Counted from the stretch's first letter, positions 1 through 13,032 are shown. The stretch is 64,000 nucleotides of DNA from Mobula hypostoma (GCF_963921235.1 NC_086097.1:102054001-102118000); one strand, 5' to 3'. A program made the numbers and translations. Notes: generated by a model not told the origin, from the letters alone.

Positions 1-427
1 ATATACATTTGATACAGAGAGGAAAGTAATGAAAAAAAAGGCGCCAACACTTATCAAAGTCCAAGTTCTTTGCGCGCTATGTTGGAGCTCAATTCGACTT
101 CAGACGACCACCCAAATTCCGTCGACTCACAGCTCGGGACCACCCTGAGTGATCGACCGGAGCCTCTCCACACGTCCGCGGTCTTCCTCGTCTCTCCTCC
201 GACTCCCCACCAAAACTCAGTCCACAGTCATATCATACAGCATGGTATCCGAAAACAAAATGATACATAACCACCCATTCGCTAATAGAACCCTGTTATC
301 TCATTTTAAAGTAAAACAAACTGTTAGCGCAAACTCTCTTCAGCGTTAAAGCACAACAAAGCCGCATTCCCCAGATTAACATAACAAAGTCGCCATTTTA
401 AATGTAACAAAAGAAAGACCCCGTACA
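1..427. mobile_element. Probable LTR, cut by the window start, inserted in a Rex1-like LINE
   Basis: Non-coding, CpG-retaining sequence ending ...gaccccgtACA with an abrupt junction to Rex1 RT sequence. The other terminus is not visible. Confidence 0.45.
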
Positions 428-1472
428 GTTGTGACCAGGTAAGATCCTCAGAGACCCTGACACACAGGAACTTGAAACTGCTCACTCTCTCCACTTCTGA
501 TCCCTCTATGAGGATTGGTGTGTGTTCCTTCATCTTACCCTTCCTCAAGTTCACAATCAGCTCTTTCGTCTTACTGACATTGCGTGCAAGGTTGATGCTG
601 TGACACCACTCCACTAGTTGGCATATCTCGTTCCTGTACGCCCTTTCATCTCCATCTGAGATTTTACCAACAATGGTTGTATCATCAGCAAATTTATAGA
701 TGCTATTTGAGCTATACCTAGCCACACAGTCATGGGTATTTAGAGAGTAGAGCAATGGGCTAAGCACACACCCCTGAGGTGCACCAGTGTTGATCGCTAG
801 CGAGGATATGTTATCACCAATCTGCACAGATTGTGATCTTCCAGTAGGAAGTTGAGGATCCAATTGCAGAGGGAGGTACAGAGGTCCAGGTTCTGTAACG
901 TCTCAATCAGGATTGTGGGAATGTTGGTATTAAATGTTGAGCTATAGTCGATGAACATCATCCTGACATAGGTGTTTGTGTTGTCCAGGTGGTCTAAAGC
1001 CGCGTGAAGAACCATTGAGATTGCATCTGCAGTTGACCTATTGTGACAGTAGGCAAATTGCAATGGGTCCAGGTCCTGCTGAGGCAGGAGTTCAGTCTAG
1101 TCATGATCAACTTCTCAAAGCATTTCATAACTGTAGATGTGAGTGCTCGCAGGTGATAGTCATAAAGGCAGCTCACATTATTCTTCTTAGGCAGTGGTAT
1201 AATTGTTGCTTTTTTGAAGCAAATGGGAACTTCTGCTCGTAGCAGTGAGAGGTTGAAAATGTCCTTGAATGCTCCCGCCATTTAGTTGGCACAGGTTTTC
1301 AGAGCCTTACCGGGTACTCCATTGGGACCTTCTGCCTTGCAAGGGTTCACTGTCTTTAAAGACAGTCTAACATCGGCCTCTGAGACATAGATTTCAGGGT
1401 TATCAGGTGCAGCAGGGATCTTCACAGCTGAAGTTAAAAGCAGGCATAGAAGGCATTGAGTTCATCTGGTAG
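428..1472 (-). mobile_element. Rex1/Babar-type LINE fragment (RT)
   Basis: ORFs 324..863, 797..1063 and 994..1281 carry [21 protein letters not shown] and [14 protein letters not shown]. Frameshifted. Confidence 0.85.
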
Positions 1473-1638
1473 TTAGGGTGTTTCAGGACGTGATAGAGTG
1501 AGAGGGATTAAAGAGGGAGAGGTGGCGTTACTAATCGGGAAAATGTCTTGGCAGTGCTCCATCGGTACAGACTGGAGAACTTGTCTAGTGAGGCATTATG
1601 GATGGAACAGTAATAAGAGAGGTATTACCACGTTAATG

Positions 1639-2459
1639 CAATTTAATGTGGATAAATGTGAAGTTATCCACTTTGGTGGTAAAAATAGGAAAACAGATTA
1701 TTATCTGAAAGGTGGCTGATTAGGAAAAGGGGAGGTGCAACGAGACCTGGATGTCATTATACACCAGTCATTGAAAGTGGGCATGCAGGTACAGCAGGCG
1801 GTGAAAAAGGCGAATGGTATGCTGGCATTTATAGCGAGAGGATTCGAGTACAGGAGCAGGGAGGTACTACTGCAGTTGTACAAGGCCTTGGTGAGACCAC
1901 ACCTGGAGTATTGTGTGCAGTTTTGGTCCCCTAATCTGAGGAAAGACATCTTTGCCTTAGAGGGAGTACAAAGAAGGTTCACCAGATTGATTCCTGGGAT
2001 GGCAGGACTTTCATTGAAGAAAGACTGGATGAACTGGGCTTGTACTCGTTGGAATTTAGAAGATTGAGGGGGGATCTGATTGAAACGTATAAGATCCTAA
2101 AGGGATTGGACAGGCTAGATGCAGGAAGATTGTTCCCGATGTTGGGGAAGTCCAGAACGAGGGGTCACAGTTTGAGGATAGAGGGGAAGCCTTTTAGGAC
2201 CGAGATTAGGAAAAACTTCTTCACACAGAGAATGGTGAATCTGTGGAATTCTCTGCCACAGGAAACTGTTGAGGCCAGTTCATTGGCTATATTTAAGAGG
2301 GAGTTAGATATGGCCCTTGTGGCTACGGGGGTCAGGGGGTATGAAGGGAAGGCTGGGGCGGGGTTCTGAGTTGGATGATCAGCCATGATCATAATAAATG
2401 GCGGTGCAGGCTCGAAGGGACGAATGGCCTACTCCTGCACCTATTTTCTATGTTTCTAT
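1639..2459 (+). mobile_element. Young 5'-truncated CR1 of the same family as 47689-52069
   Basis: ORFs 1735..2067 and 2040..2369 are almost identical to the C-terminus of ORF 47785..50547. (TTTCTATG)n tail. TSD GTTAATG at 1632-1638 and 2460-2466. Confidence 0.92.
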
Positions 2460-3837
2460 GTTAATGGAGCTACAATACAGACAACCCAACAGACCGTGGG
2501 ATTTAGAGGGACGAATTTCTAGAGAGATCGTAAACTGTTGCATGAAACATAAGGTTGTTTTCGTAGGTGTGTTTAACTTTACACATATTGTGGAAATATT
2601 GTAAAATCCCATATTGTAAAAGGACAAGATGGGATAGAGTTTGTCAAATGTTATCATAAATGTTTCCTTAATCAGTATGTGAACTGCGGTTACGGAATGA
2701 CACAGGGCAGGTGATAGAAGTTTGTGTAGTGATCTTTGCATAGTGATCACAATGCCATTAGGTTCAAAGTAATTATGAAAAAAGATGGGCCTGGTCCATG
2801 TGTTCAGATTCTAAATTGGAGAAAGGCCAATTTTGATGCTATCAGAACGGATCTGGCAAGTGGGGATTGGGACAGGCTGTTTTCTGGCATAGGTGTACTT
2901 GGTAAGTAGGAGGGCTTCAAAAGTGAAAATTTTAACATATAAAACTTGTATGTGCCTGTCAGAATAGAAGGTAAGTATAACAGGTATGGGCAACCTAGTT
3001 TTCAAGAGATATTGAGGTCATGGGTTTTAATAAAAAGTTGTGTTGCAGGTATAGGCAGGTAGGAACAAAGATTGCTTATAGAGTATAAGAAATGCCGGAG
3101 AACACTTTAGAGAGAGAAATCGGGAGGTTGACTTAGCAGACAAGGTAAAGTAGAATCCTAAGGGATTCTGCAGATAATGTTAAGAGCAGAAGGATTGCAA
3201 GGACAAACTTGGTCCTCTGGAAAATCAGAATGGTAATCCATGCATTGAATCTAAAGAGATGGGGGAGATCTGTATTTACTCAGGAGATGGACACAGATTC
3301 TATAAAAGTAAAGAAAACAGCATCAAATTTATGGGCTGCATACATATTGCAGAGGTGGAGATGTTTGCTGTCTTGAGCCAAATTAGGGTGGATCAATCAC
3401 CAGGGTTTCCCTTGGACCCTGTGAGAGGCAAGTGCAGAAATTACAAGGTCCCTAACAGAGATATTTAGTAGCAGGCGAGGTGCTGGAGGATTGGAGAATA
3501 GCTAATGCTGTTCTGCTGTTTAAGAAAGGCTCTAAAAATAAAACAGGAAACTGAGCCTGACATCAGTAATGGGAAAGCTACTGGAAGGTATTCTAAGGGA
3601 CTGGATATATGAGTATTTGGATAGATATAGACTGATCAAGGATAGTCAACATGGCTTTGTGCATGGTAGGTTGTGTCTAACCAATCTTATAGAGCTTTTC
3701 GAGGAGGTTACCAGGAAAGTTGGTGAAGGCAAGGCAGTGGATGTTGTCTACACAGACTTCAGCAAAGCATTTGACAAGTTCCCTCATGAGAGGTTGGTCA
3801 AGAAGGTCCAGTCGCTCAGCATTCAAGATGAGGTGGT

Positions 3838-4450
3838 GTTTCATATCGGTCTGTCTTGAAAGACAATAGGTGAAGCTCATCATCATCTCAAGTTTGGGTG
3901 GAAGGTATGGAGATCCTGAGATGCCCAATCGTCAAGATCCTCCTCTTGGCCTCACCATTGTAGTCTAAGGAAAAGCTTATGTAGCAATACATTTGGCACC
4001 AGCTTGGCTGCATGAGCTGCCAGAAGGATGTTCAATAACGTCCAACCACTCTGGTTTTCCTGTCTGGGTTTACTCCCATAGCCTTCATCTCTTCCGAGGC
4101 TACCCACAAGGCAGTGGCTATTTACCCTTAGTTGGGGATCTGGTTCACGAGCATCAGGGTGTGTCCACACACTGGTGGGCCTGCGTGCTCCATGTGCAGG
4201 AGCCAGACCTCCTCCCCATCCTCTGTAGTTCAGCCCGAGTCCAAAAGGAGTTCAGTTTCTGTGTGTTGCCAGCAAGGAGGCAGTACATGAGGCTTGCTGT
4301 TGGAGAGGCTATATACTGGCAAGGGGAGACTTAGACATTCATCTTTCCTTTTCACAAGACTACTAGCCAGCGGTGGAAGCCGAAAGTGAGAGCGACAAGC
4401 ACTATCCAAAACACTACCACACTAGACACAGCACACAGCCATTTTGACAC
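3838..4450 (-). mobile_element. Non-autonomous ~610-bp retroposon, probably RTE-derived (5'UTR plus 3' tail)
   Basis: Flanked by CAAGATGAGGT at 3824-3834 and 4451-4461, interrupting CR1 RT. No credible ORF. The RTE assignment is by resemblance only. Confidence 0.6.
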
Positions 4451-5080
4451 CAAGATGAGGTAGTAAATTGGATTAGACATTGGCTTTGTGGGTGAATCTA
4501 GAGAGTGGTAGTAGATGGTCAACTCTCCGACTGGAGGCCTGTGACTAGTGGTGTGCCACAGGATTAGTGATGGGTCCATTGCTGTTTGTCATTTATATCA
4601 ACAATCTGGATGATAATGTGATTAACTGGATCACTGCATCGCAGGTTGATACGTTCATAAAGAAAGCTTTTGGCACATTGGTCTTCATCGAGTACAGGAG
4701 ATGAGATGTAATTTTGAAGTTGTATAAGACATTGGTGAGGCCTAATTTGGAACAGTGTGTGCAGTTTTGGTCTCTTACCTACAGGAAAGATGTAAATAAA
4801 GTTGAAAGAGTACAAAGAAAATTTACAAGGATGTTGCCACGTCTGGAAGACTTGAGTTATATGGAAAGATTGAATAGGTTAGGACTTTATTCTTTTGAAC
4901 ATAGAAGATTGAGAGGAGATTTGATAGAGATATACAAAATAATGAGGGGTATGGATAGGGTAAATGCAAGCAGGCTTTTTCCACTGTAACTGTAACTAAA
5001 GGTCATAGGTTAAGGGTGAAAGGTGAAAAGTTTAAGGGGAACATGAATCAGACTCAAGTTTATTTTCACCTGCATGTGAT

Positions 5081-5478
5081 ATATTATGATCAGAGATTAA
5101 GGGACCTAGGGCTTTACTCTTTGGAGAGGAGGAGGATGAGAGGAGACATGATGGAGGTATACAAGATATTAAGAGGAATAGATAGAGTGGACAGCCAGCG
5201 CCTCTTCCTCAGGGTACCACTGCTCAATACAAGAGGACATGGCATTAAGGTAAGGGGTGGAAAGTTCAAGTGGGATATTAGAGGAAGCTTTTCTACTCAG
5301 AAAGTGGTTGGTGCGTGGAATGCACTGCCTGAGTCAGTGGTGGAGGCAGATACACTAGTGAAATTTAAGAGACTGCTAGACAGGTATATGAAGGAATTTA
5401 AGGTGGGGGGGCTATATGAGAGGCAGGGTTTAAGGGTCAGCACAACATTATGGGCCGAAGAGCCTGTGCTGTACTATT
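5081..5478 (+). mobile_element. CR1 3' fragment (family of 53261-54422) inserted in a Rex1 tail
   Basis: ORF 5016..5480 reads DQRLRDLGLYSLERRRMRGD; near-identical to about 54020-54410. Confidence 0.85.
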
Positions 5479-5875
5479 AGCAGCAGCAGGTCAATGCAAT
5501 ACATAATATAGAAGAGAAAATAAAATAATAATAAGTAAATCAATTACAGTATATGTACATTGAATAGATTAAAAATCGTGCCAAAAGCCAGAAATAATAT
5601 ATTTTTAAAAAAGCGAGGTAGTGTTCATAGCTTCAATGTCCATTTAGGAATTGGATGGCAGAGGAGAAGAAGCTGTTCCTGAATCGCTGAGTGTGTGCCT
5701 TCAGGCTTCTGTACCTCCAACCTGATGGTAACAGTGAGAAAAGGCCGTGTCCTGGGTGCTGGAGGTCCTTAATAATGGACGCAGCCTTTCTGAGATGCCA
5801 CTTCCTAAAGATGTCCTGGGTACTTTGTAGGCTAGTACCCACGATGGAGCTGACTAGATTTACAACCTTCTGCAT
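5479..5875 (-). mobile_element. Rex1/Babar 3' end (tail continues at about 5046-5080)
   Basis: ORF 5633..5875 reads HPGHGLFSLLPSGWRYRSLKAHTQRFRNSFF; near-identical to about 32080-32490. Confidence 0.85.
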
Positions 5876-6953
5876 TCATTCAGAGGGTCGTGAGATTGTG
5901 GAATGAGTTGCAGTGCAAATGATATATACAATCTTGATTTCAATGTTTAAGAGAAGTTTGAATAGGTACATTGATTGTAGGGGTATGGTCCCTGTGCAGG
6001 TCAATAAGAGTAGGCATTTTAAATAGCTCAGCACAGACTAGATGGGCCAAAGGTCCTGTTTCTTTTCAATGACTAAATATCGAGAATATAAGATGAAGTA
6101 TCATTGAAAATGAGTCCATAGGTTGTGGGAACCATTCAGTGATGGGGCAAGTGAAGTTAAATGAAGTTATCTCCACTGGTTCACAAGTCTGATGGTTAAG
6201 GGGTAATACAAGGGGCAAAATTAAGGTTGTACAAGTTCTTAAGCACAGTTTGGGAAAGAATTATTTAAAAGAAACTGCATAGTCTGTGGTGCTGGTGGCA
6301 GTTGAAGCAAAAACTGTTAACTAAGTTGTCTTGGTGCTGAGGGCATCTTTGGGTCAGTGCCCAAGCTGTTCAAAAACAAAAACTTATCCTTCAAGGACAT
6401 CCCCATGTTCTATCCCTACCATGTCCAGCATCCCCATTTCTGTGTTTGTTGACAGGAATCAATGAATTATAAAATCACATATTTAGAATAGTATTATCTA
6501 AAATATAAACCTATGCTGTTGAGAACAGAAATAATACAGTATCAAGTGGGTGACCGGAGTATATGCATATAAAATAGTTAATGTTAACAGTGAAATTTTA
6601 AACAGAAGTTAATCTGGTAATGATTAGCCAAAATTTGGTCACTGTCAATTTAGTTAAATATGAAAACAAAACTATGTTAAAATTGTATCGGACAACTGTT
6701 GCAATAATTTTGAAATGACATACAATATTGTCCAGAGGCTATCGTGGAGCAGCCTGGGAAACTTCACGTAAGTATTGTCCTCATCCCCTTAACAGTGTTA
6801 ATCCTATGATGTTTTAATTGGTTTTGGCAATATTGCACAACACTCACAATTTTACTTAGCTCTTCTCATCTCACACAAGTAACAGTATACATTTTGTAAC
6901 AGTATGTAATTTATTTAAAATGACATTTATTAAACAAGCATCCCCACTTTTAG

Positions 6954-7180
6954 GGAGAGAGGGGAACGTCGACTCAGACCATGAGAGGCCTGCGTCGGGC
7001 ATTTTCGTGCCTTACAAGGAGCAGATTGGAAGTCTGTGTGGGGCGCCACTCCTCGCACAGACTAGAGCAATGTGTGATTAAGTGCCTTGCTCAAGGGCAC
7101 AAACACGCAGCCACAGCTGAGGCTTGAACTAGCAACCTTGAGGTAACTAGACGAATACCTTAACCACTTGGCCAAGTGCC
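6954..7180 (-). mobile_element. tRNA-derived SINE with CORE-like domain
   Basis: Minus strand has an A box (TGGCCAAGTGG), a B-box-like GTTCAAGCC, then GTGCCCTTGAGCAAGGCACTTAA (CORE-like). Flanking direct repeat CCCACTTTTAG at 6943-6953 and 7179-7189. Confidence 0.8.
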
Positions 7181-7915
7181 CACTTTTAGAGTACTTTTGA
7201 AAACCGTTACTCACTCGTTCTACATATTCATTACCATCATTGTGTTTTGTATGGTGCTGTATCTTATGCCAATCTAGTGTGAGGGAAACATTTTCATAGA
7301 GCTGCTACTAGATTAGTTCAAATTAGGTCAACATTTTGTTCATCTCCTCTGCATCCTTCTGCCTTCTGTCTCCCATAGTGCTATTGGGAGCTGAAACATT
7401 GACTGTTTATTCATTTACATAGATGCTATTTGACCTGCAAGTTCCTCCACCATTTTGTGTGTGCCACGCTGGAGGAAGCTTGTATTCCAGCAGCAGTCTC
7501 AGTCCCTTCCTCAAATATGAGCTGTCTAGAATTTAGAATTGATCAGCTACCAGGGCTGAATTCCTTTCTCCCGTGTACCAAAGTTAAGGGGCTAGCCATC
7601 TTGCTGGTACCTCTGAGTAACTGTCATTGCTGATTAACTGGACCTTGAACACACGCATCATAGTTTATTTTACTTGTGCACAAGGAGAGCAGCGAGGTCC
7701 CTGTCACCACACTGTTCTGAAGTGAACAGAGAAATGCCATTTTTATACAGGATTGACTGGCAGTTACAAATATTGACCATTTGGTGAGCTGCATATGTTT
7801 CAATTCCTTGCTTGCAGGACAAATCGCCATTCACAAATCAGGTATTAAAAGTTAATAGAAACTACAAGCTGGCAACCAATGATACTTTGAAGTTAGTAAA
7901 GCAATTTCCCCTTGG

Positions 7916-7940
7916 TGTGTGTGTGTGTGTGTGTGTGTGT
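7916..7940. repeat. (GT)n microsatellite
   Basis: Seen directly. Confidence 0.95.
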
Positions 7941-8081
7941 TTCACATCCTTCTGTTTTATTCTTATCTCATCTCCAGTAAGTGAAAATGGCTCCAAGAAT
8001 CTGCTCTGTAAAGGGAGGCTATGCACTTCAGTGATGAATAAATCTTCTCTGCTTCCAGGCGGGTACAGATATCAATTGTAA

Positions 8082-8645
8082 CTGATCTTTCAATGACAAA
8101 CTCTGCCATCATCTTCAGAGATGATGCCTACTCATGTCTAGTCCAGTGTTATACATAACACTCTCACCCCCACCTCCCCCATCATCAGTCCCTCCTGATT
8201 GGTTAGTCCTCATCCAATCAGTCATTTTATGCTGTTGAAGTCAATCCTATAGCCATTACGAATGCAATACTCTGCTACTGCCAATTTCACAATAGCAATA
8301 GGATTGACTTTGGTACATAACTACTGTGTTGTACCAGTGGTTTCTGGGACCATCAGGTGAAGGAAGCCTTTGAAATAAAAACAGAGGAAAAGAATTTTAA
8401 CAAAGATAAAGGTCTTGCTCCAAGTAAGAGCTGGAATTCAATTGTAAACAAGATGGAACAGTGGAAGCCTGATTGGATGAGGACTAACCGTTCAGGAGCG
8501 ACGGATGACAGGAGTATATATTCCAGCGGACTAGATGTGTAGAGGTATTATCCCTGATGAAGATGGCAGAGTTTGTCATCGAAAGATCGGTTAAAGTTGA
8601 TACTTGTGCCTGGCTGGAAGCTTGAGAAGAGCTTATTTATCTCTG
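8082..8645 (+). mobile_element. Penelope-like element 3' fragment with an inverted pseudo-LTR copy
   Basis: ORF 8357..8542 (KEAFEIKTEEKNFNKDKGLAPSKSW) resembles the PLE GIY-YIG C-terminus. 8082-8222 is the reverse complement of about 8468-8590. Confidence 0.8.
8550..8592 (+). ncRNA. Minimal hammerhead ribozyme-like motif in a Penelope pLTR
   Basis: CTGATGA (8554-8560), hairpin GATGGCAG/TTGTCATC, GAAA (8581-8584), then GATC. Helix I is weak. Confidence 0.6.
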
Positions 8646-9104
8646 AAAACATTGGGTACTTTTTCTCTTCAAAGACCTTTCTTGCCTGGGCCCTCTGCAC
8701 TGTGTTTGCAATCTAACTTTGTCTGGATGTTGTTAACCCTTGCCTTGCCACAACTTCTACAGTGTAATCCCAGTTGACAGATTTGGAAAATCTGTTGTAC
8801 TTGTCACTGCCCCGTTGAGCTCTTATAGAGCCAACTGGCTCATACAAGTTTTCTGAGCCTCCCACAGCTGAATTATGGTGGGAAGTTGTGCTTCTGTTGT
8901 ATTTGTGGGTTGCAAAATTTTCCTCAATTACATTCCTAGCATTCAGAAGATCTAGCAGAGCACTAAATTTTCAGTGGGATTAATGTAGATCACTTAGACA
9001 GTTGTGTCTGACTGCACCTTTATTTATTCATTAATTGACGTGCAGTGACTTGGATCCACTCCACTTAGCTTACTATCACAACAAGTCAATAGGAGATGCC
9101 GTTT

Positions 9105-9485
9105 CATAGGCTGTTAACTCAATCCTGGAACATTCGGACAGTGAAGATGCGTACATCAGGGTGCTGTTGACTGTAGCTCTGCATTCAAAACTATCATCCC
9201 CTCAAAGCTAATCAGTAAGCTGCAAGACCTATGATTAATACCTCCTTGTGCAACTGGATCCTCAATTTCCTCACTTGCAGACCCTAGTCAGTTCAGATTG
9301 GCAGCAACATCTCTTCCACAGTCAGCATCAGCACGGGTGCACCACAAGGCTGTGTGCTTAGCCCCCTGTTCTGCTCGCTTTATACTTATGACTGCGAGGT
9401 TAATGCCATAATTACCTTTTGCTGACAACACCACTGTGGTTGGCTGAATCAAAGGTGGTGACAAATCAGCGTAAAGGAGGAAGAT
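9105..9485 (+). mobile_element. Degenerate Rex1/Babar RT fragment
   Basis: ggtgcaccacaaggctgtgtgcttagccccctg and tttgctgacaacacc motifs. Confidence 0.8.
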
Positions 9486-9491
9486 TTTGCG

Positions 9492-10022
9492 GAGGGCAGA
9501 GCTTAGGATGGTGGCACCCTACGGCGACTTCTCTGCTTGCATCTTCAGAGGCAGCTCTATTTCTATCTTTAATATCTCTTTTTTTTCCTTTTCGGGGTTC
9601 TTTTGAAGACCCTGACCCAGTTCTTGGCAGAAATGGGACCTGCTCTTGGGGTCTTACGATCGGCCACCTTTCGGTATCCCAAGGACTCGGCTTAGAAGAC
9701 TAGCACACCTTCAGGGTGCCAGATTTTTGTGGCTTTGGAGGCGGGCGGACTCGAGGCCAGTGCGTCATGGGAGACGGAAGATCGTAAGGAGCGAGCTAGC
9801 TACTGGCTGTGTACCCAGAGACCCAAGTTCTTCAAGCACAGAGCTCGAAAAAAGCGACGCATCCGACTTTTAACACCATGAATTGGCGAGTTATCTTACT
9901 GCACATACTATTTACTACAAATTGCTATAATTTGCACTTTGCACTTTCAGACAGATTTTCAGTAAAGATTTTTACTCATGTATGTGAAGAATGTAAGAAA
10001 TAAAGCCAATTCAATTCAATTT
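9492..10022 (+). mobile_element. Short non-coding retroposon: GC-rich head plus AATAAA-(CAATT)n tail
   Basis: CpG-rich head, no LINE ORF, ends aataaagccaattcaattcaatt. Family not identified. Confidence 0.5.
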
Positions 10023-10029
10023 CATTTCA

Positions 10030-11915
10030 TTCCATTCCTCCCTCCTCCCCAGTTCAACATGTGGATGAACACAGGCTACCACTGTCTACATCCCCTCCTT
10101 GCCCTGCACCTAACATCCACATCTCCAGATACCAACTGCTATCGTTCCAATCTTCACCTTCCACCAGCCCCCACATTCCATCAACTTCCCAGTCATCATG
10201 GACTCACCTTCACTACTGAGGAGATGAGAAGGGCTCTGGGGAAACTCAGACACGGCAAAGAATTGGGACCAGATGGTATGAACCCCCAAGGTCCTGAAGG
10301 AGTGTGCTGAGTAGCTGTGTGGAGTTCTCCAACTCATCTTCAATCTGAATCTCAGCCTGGAAAGGGTCCTGACTATGTGGAAAATATCATGTGTGGTTTC
10401 AGTACCCAATAAGGGCCAACCAAAAGTCTTGAATGCGTACCGTCCAGTGGCCCTGACCTCCCACAACATGAAGACCCTAGAGAGGCTGGTCATGGTTCAC
10501 CTCCAACCCCTGGTCAGATCATCCATCAATCCTCATGCAGTTTGCCTACCAGGAGCACATTGGAGTCGATAAGGTTGTCATCTACCTGCTGTACAGAGCC
10601 TGCTCTCATTTGGATAAGCAGGCAGCACCGTGAGGACCATCACACACAAAATTTCAGCCTGAAACATCGACTGTGCTTTTTTCCATAGTTGCTGCCTGCC
10701 CCGCTGAGTTCCTCCAGCATTTTATTTGTGTGGCTCAGATTTCCGGCATCTGCAGATCTTCTCTTGACTGTGAGGATCATGTTTTTTGATTTCTCAAGTG
10801 CCTTCAATACTATACACCCCTCATTGCTGGGGGGGAAAGCTCAGTTCAATGCAGTTTGGCACTTCCATTGTATCCTGAATAATGGACGAGCTGACTGGCA
10901 GACTGCAGTTTGTGTGGCTTCAGAGCTGTGTGTGAGACATGGTTATAAACAGTACTGGCTCCCTTCCTGTTTGCCCTGTATACCTCGGACTTTAGGTATA
11001 ACACTGAGTCATGTCATCTGTAGAAATTCTCTGATGACTCGGCAATAGTTGGGTGTGTAAAGGGAGGCCAGGAGGATGAATACAGGCCCCTGCTGGAGGA
11101 CTTTCTCAAATGGTGCAAGCTGAATCATCTGCGGCTCAACATCTGTAAGACAAAGGAGATGGTGACGGACTTTAGGAAGACTAAGCCTGCACTGCTTCCT
11201 GTTACTATTCACCTGAATGACATGGATGTGGTGAGGACCTACAAAAGTACCTGGGGGTGCATTTGGATGACAGACCTGAGTGGAACACCAACACAGAGGC
11301 TCTGTACGAGAAGGGGCAGAGTCACCTCCACTTCTTGAGGAGACTGAGGTCCTTTGGAGTATGCTGGCGTCTCCGTTACACGTTCTACCAGTCTGTTGTC
11401 GCCAATACAATCTTCTCTGTTGTGGTGTGCTGGGGCAATGGCATCAACACAAGTGATGCCAACAGGCTCAATAAACTGATTAGAAAGGCTGGCTCTGTTA
11501 TAGGAGTCAAATTGGACACACTGGAGGCTGTGGCAGAACAAAGGACCCTACAGAAAATCCTGAGAATTCTGGATAATGTCTCTCACCCTCTGTATGCCAT
11601 TTGGCTGAACAGAGGAGAACTTTTGGTAATCAACTAAGACAACTGTGCTGCTCCAAGAAGCGCTATATGAGGTCATTCTTACTCTCGGCCCATGGGCTCT
11701 ATAATGAGTTATCTATAGCTGGGAAAGTGATGACCCCCTTGTTAAACTGATTGAGGTAACTTATTTTTTATTCTTTACTTCCCTTCTAATATTTGTTTAT
11801 TTGTATATCTGTCCTCTTGTAATGGTATTATGACACTGTAATTTCCTTTGGGATCAATAAATATCTATATATTGTCCATCCACCTATCTATCTATCTTTC
11901 ATCTACCCATCTATT
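10030..11915 (+). mobile_element. Rex1/Babar-type LINE, second family, with a PLE-tail insertion at about 10641-10766
   Basis: YRPVALTSHNMKTLERL, FFDFSSAFNTI, LHFLRRLRSFGV. Tail gggatcaataaa followed by (tatc)n. The insert is flanked by imperfect ACYGTGAGGAYCAT repeats. Confidence 0.85.
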
Positions 11916-12092
11916 TTTGTTTACACATTGGATTTTACTGATTTTATTCTCCCCTCTTCCATAAGATTAAGTGGGTGGGGGAGAGTCCTAAGTGACGTGC
12001 CCAACGTGATTGGATGGTTTGATGAACATGCTGACACATCCATGCTGATTATTGTAAAATTAAATGTAATAGTGAATTATTGTGTTTTCCAG

Positions 12093-12148
12093 AGAAATTG
12101 AAAATTCTATCTCTCGGAAGAAACAACATAAAGAATTTGAATGGTCTG
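12093..12148 (+). CDS. DNAL1: DNAL1 internal coding exon, 56 nt ((K)KLKILSLGRNNIKNLNGL)
   Basis: tgttttccAG acceptor (12091-12092) and GTaagt donor (12149). Translation matches the LRR segment KNLRILSLGRNNIKNLNGL of vertebrate DNAL1. Phase 1 in, phase 0 out. Too short for the ORF track. Confidence 0.95.
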
Positions 12149-12302
12149 GTAAGTTAATAACAGATTGACTATTTGATTTTAACGTCCTTAATTAAAATCT
12201 AAACTTCTTTCTGTAATGGTGTAGTAAAGTTGGAATCAGGTTTGATATCACTGGCATATGTTATGAAATTTGTTTGGTGTTAGCAGTACCTTGCAATAGG
12301 TA

Positions 12303-12325
12303 GACACACGTATACACACACATAT

Positions 12326-12381
<56 letters not shown>
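12303..12381. repeat. (CA)n microsatellite
   Basis: Seen directly; a long perfect run with an imperfect start. Confidence 0.95.
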
Positions 12382-12384
<3 letters not shown>

Positions 12385-13032
12385 CCCCCCCCCACCTCCA
12401 ATAGTGAGGTAGTGATCATGGGTTCATTGTCCATTCAGAAATCTGATAGAGGAGGGGAAGAAACTGTTCCTGAAACATTAAGTGTGTATCTTCAGGCTTC
12501 CATACCACCTCCTAGATGGTAGCAAAAAGAAGAGGGTACATCCTGGATGATGGGGATTATTAATGGTGGGTGCCACATTCCTGAGCCATTGCCTTTTGAA
12601 GGTGTCATTGATTTAGGGGATGCTCATGCCCAAGATGAAACTGGCTAAGTTTACAACTTTCTACAGTTCTTTCCGATTCCATGCAGTGTCCCCTCCATAC
12701 CAGATGGTGAAACAACCAGTTAGAATGCTCCCTATGGTACACCTGTATAAATTTTTGAGAGTCTTTGTTAAGTCTCCTCAAATTCCAAATGAAATACAGC
12801 TGCTGGTGTGCTTTCTTTGTAATGCATCGATAAGTTGGACCCAGGATAGATCTTCAGACATGTTGACACCCAGGAACTTGAAACTGCTCACTGTTGATCC
12901 CTCGATGAGGACCGGTGTGTTGTCTCTCAACTTTTTCCTGAAGTCCACAATCAGTTCCTTGGTTTAGCATTGAGTGCAAGGTTATTGTGACACCACTCAA
13001 AGAGCTGATCCATCTCACTCCTGTATTCCTTG

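Larger units (their letters stand above)
1476..6072 (+). mobile_element. Old degenerate CR1 LINE (ORF2) hosting younger insertions
   Basis: Collinear CR1 ORF2 pieces ([28 protein letters not shown]) at about 1476-1638, 2460-3834, 4451-5045 and 5876-6072. Confidence 0.85.

Noticed and set aside
6736..6767. 32-nt exon-like segment (ccAG...cac|GTAAGT)
   Set aside because: Perfect donor, but a weak polypyrimidine tract, no similarity to DNAL1, and it would shift frame. Unsupported without RNA data.
7100..7180. tRNA gene
   Set aside because: A/B boxes continue into a CORE-like domain and the element has a TSD, so it is a SINE head.
1..12092. Upstream DNAL1 exons (e.g. KLSLSTNCIEKIANLNGL)
   Set aside because: Not found by eye; presumably upstream of the window, though a short exon could have been missed.
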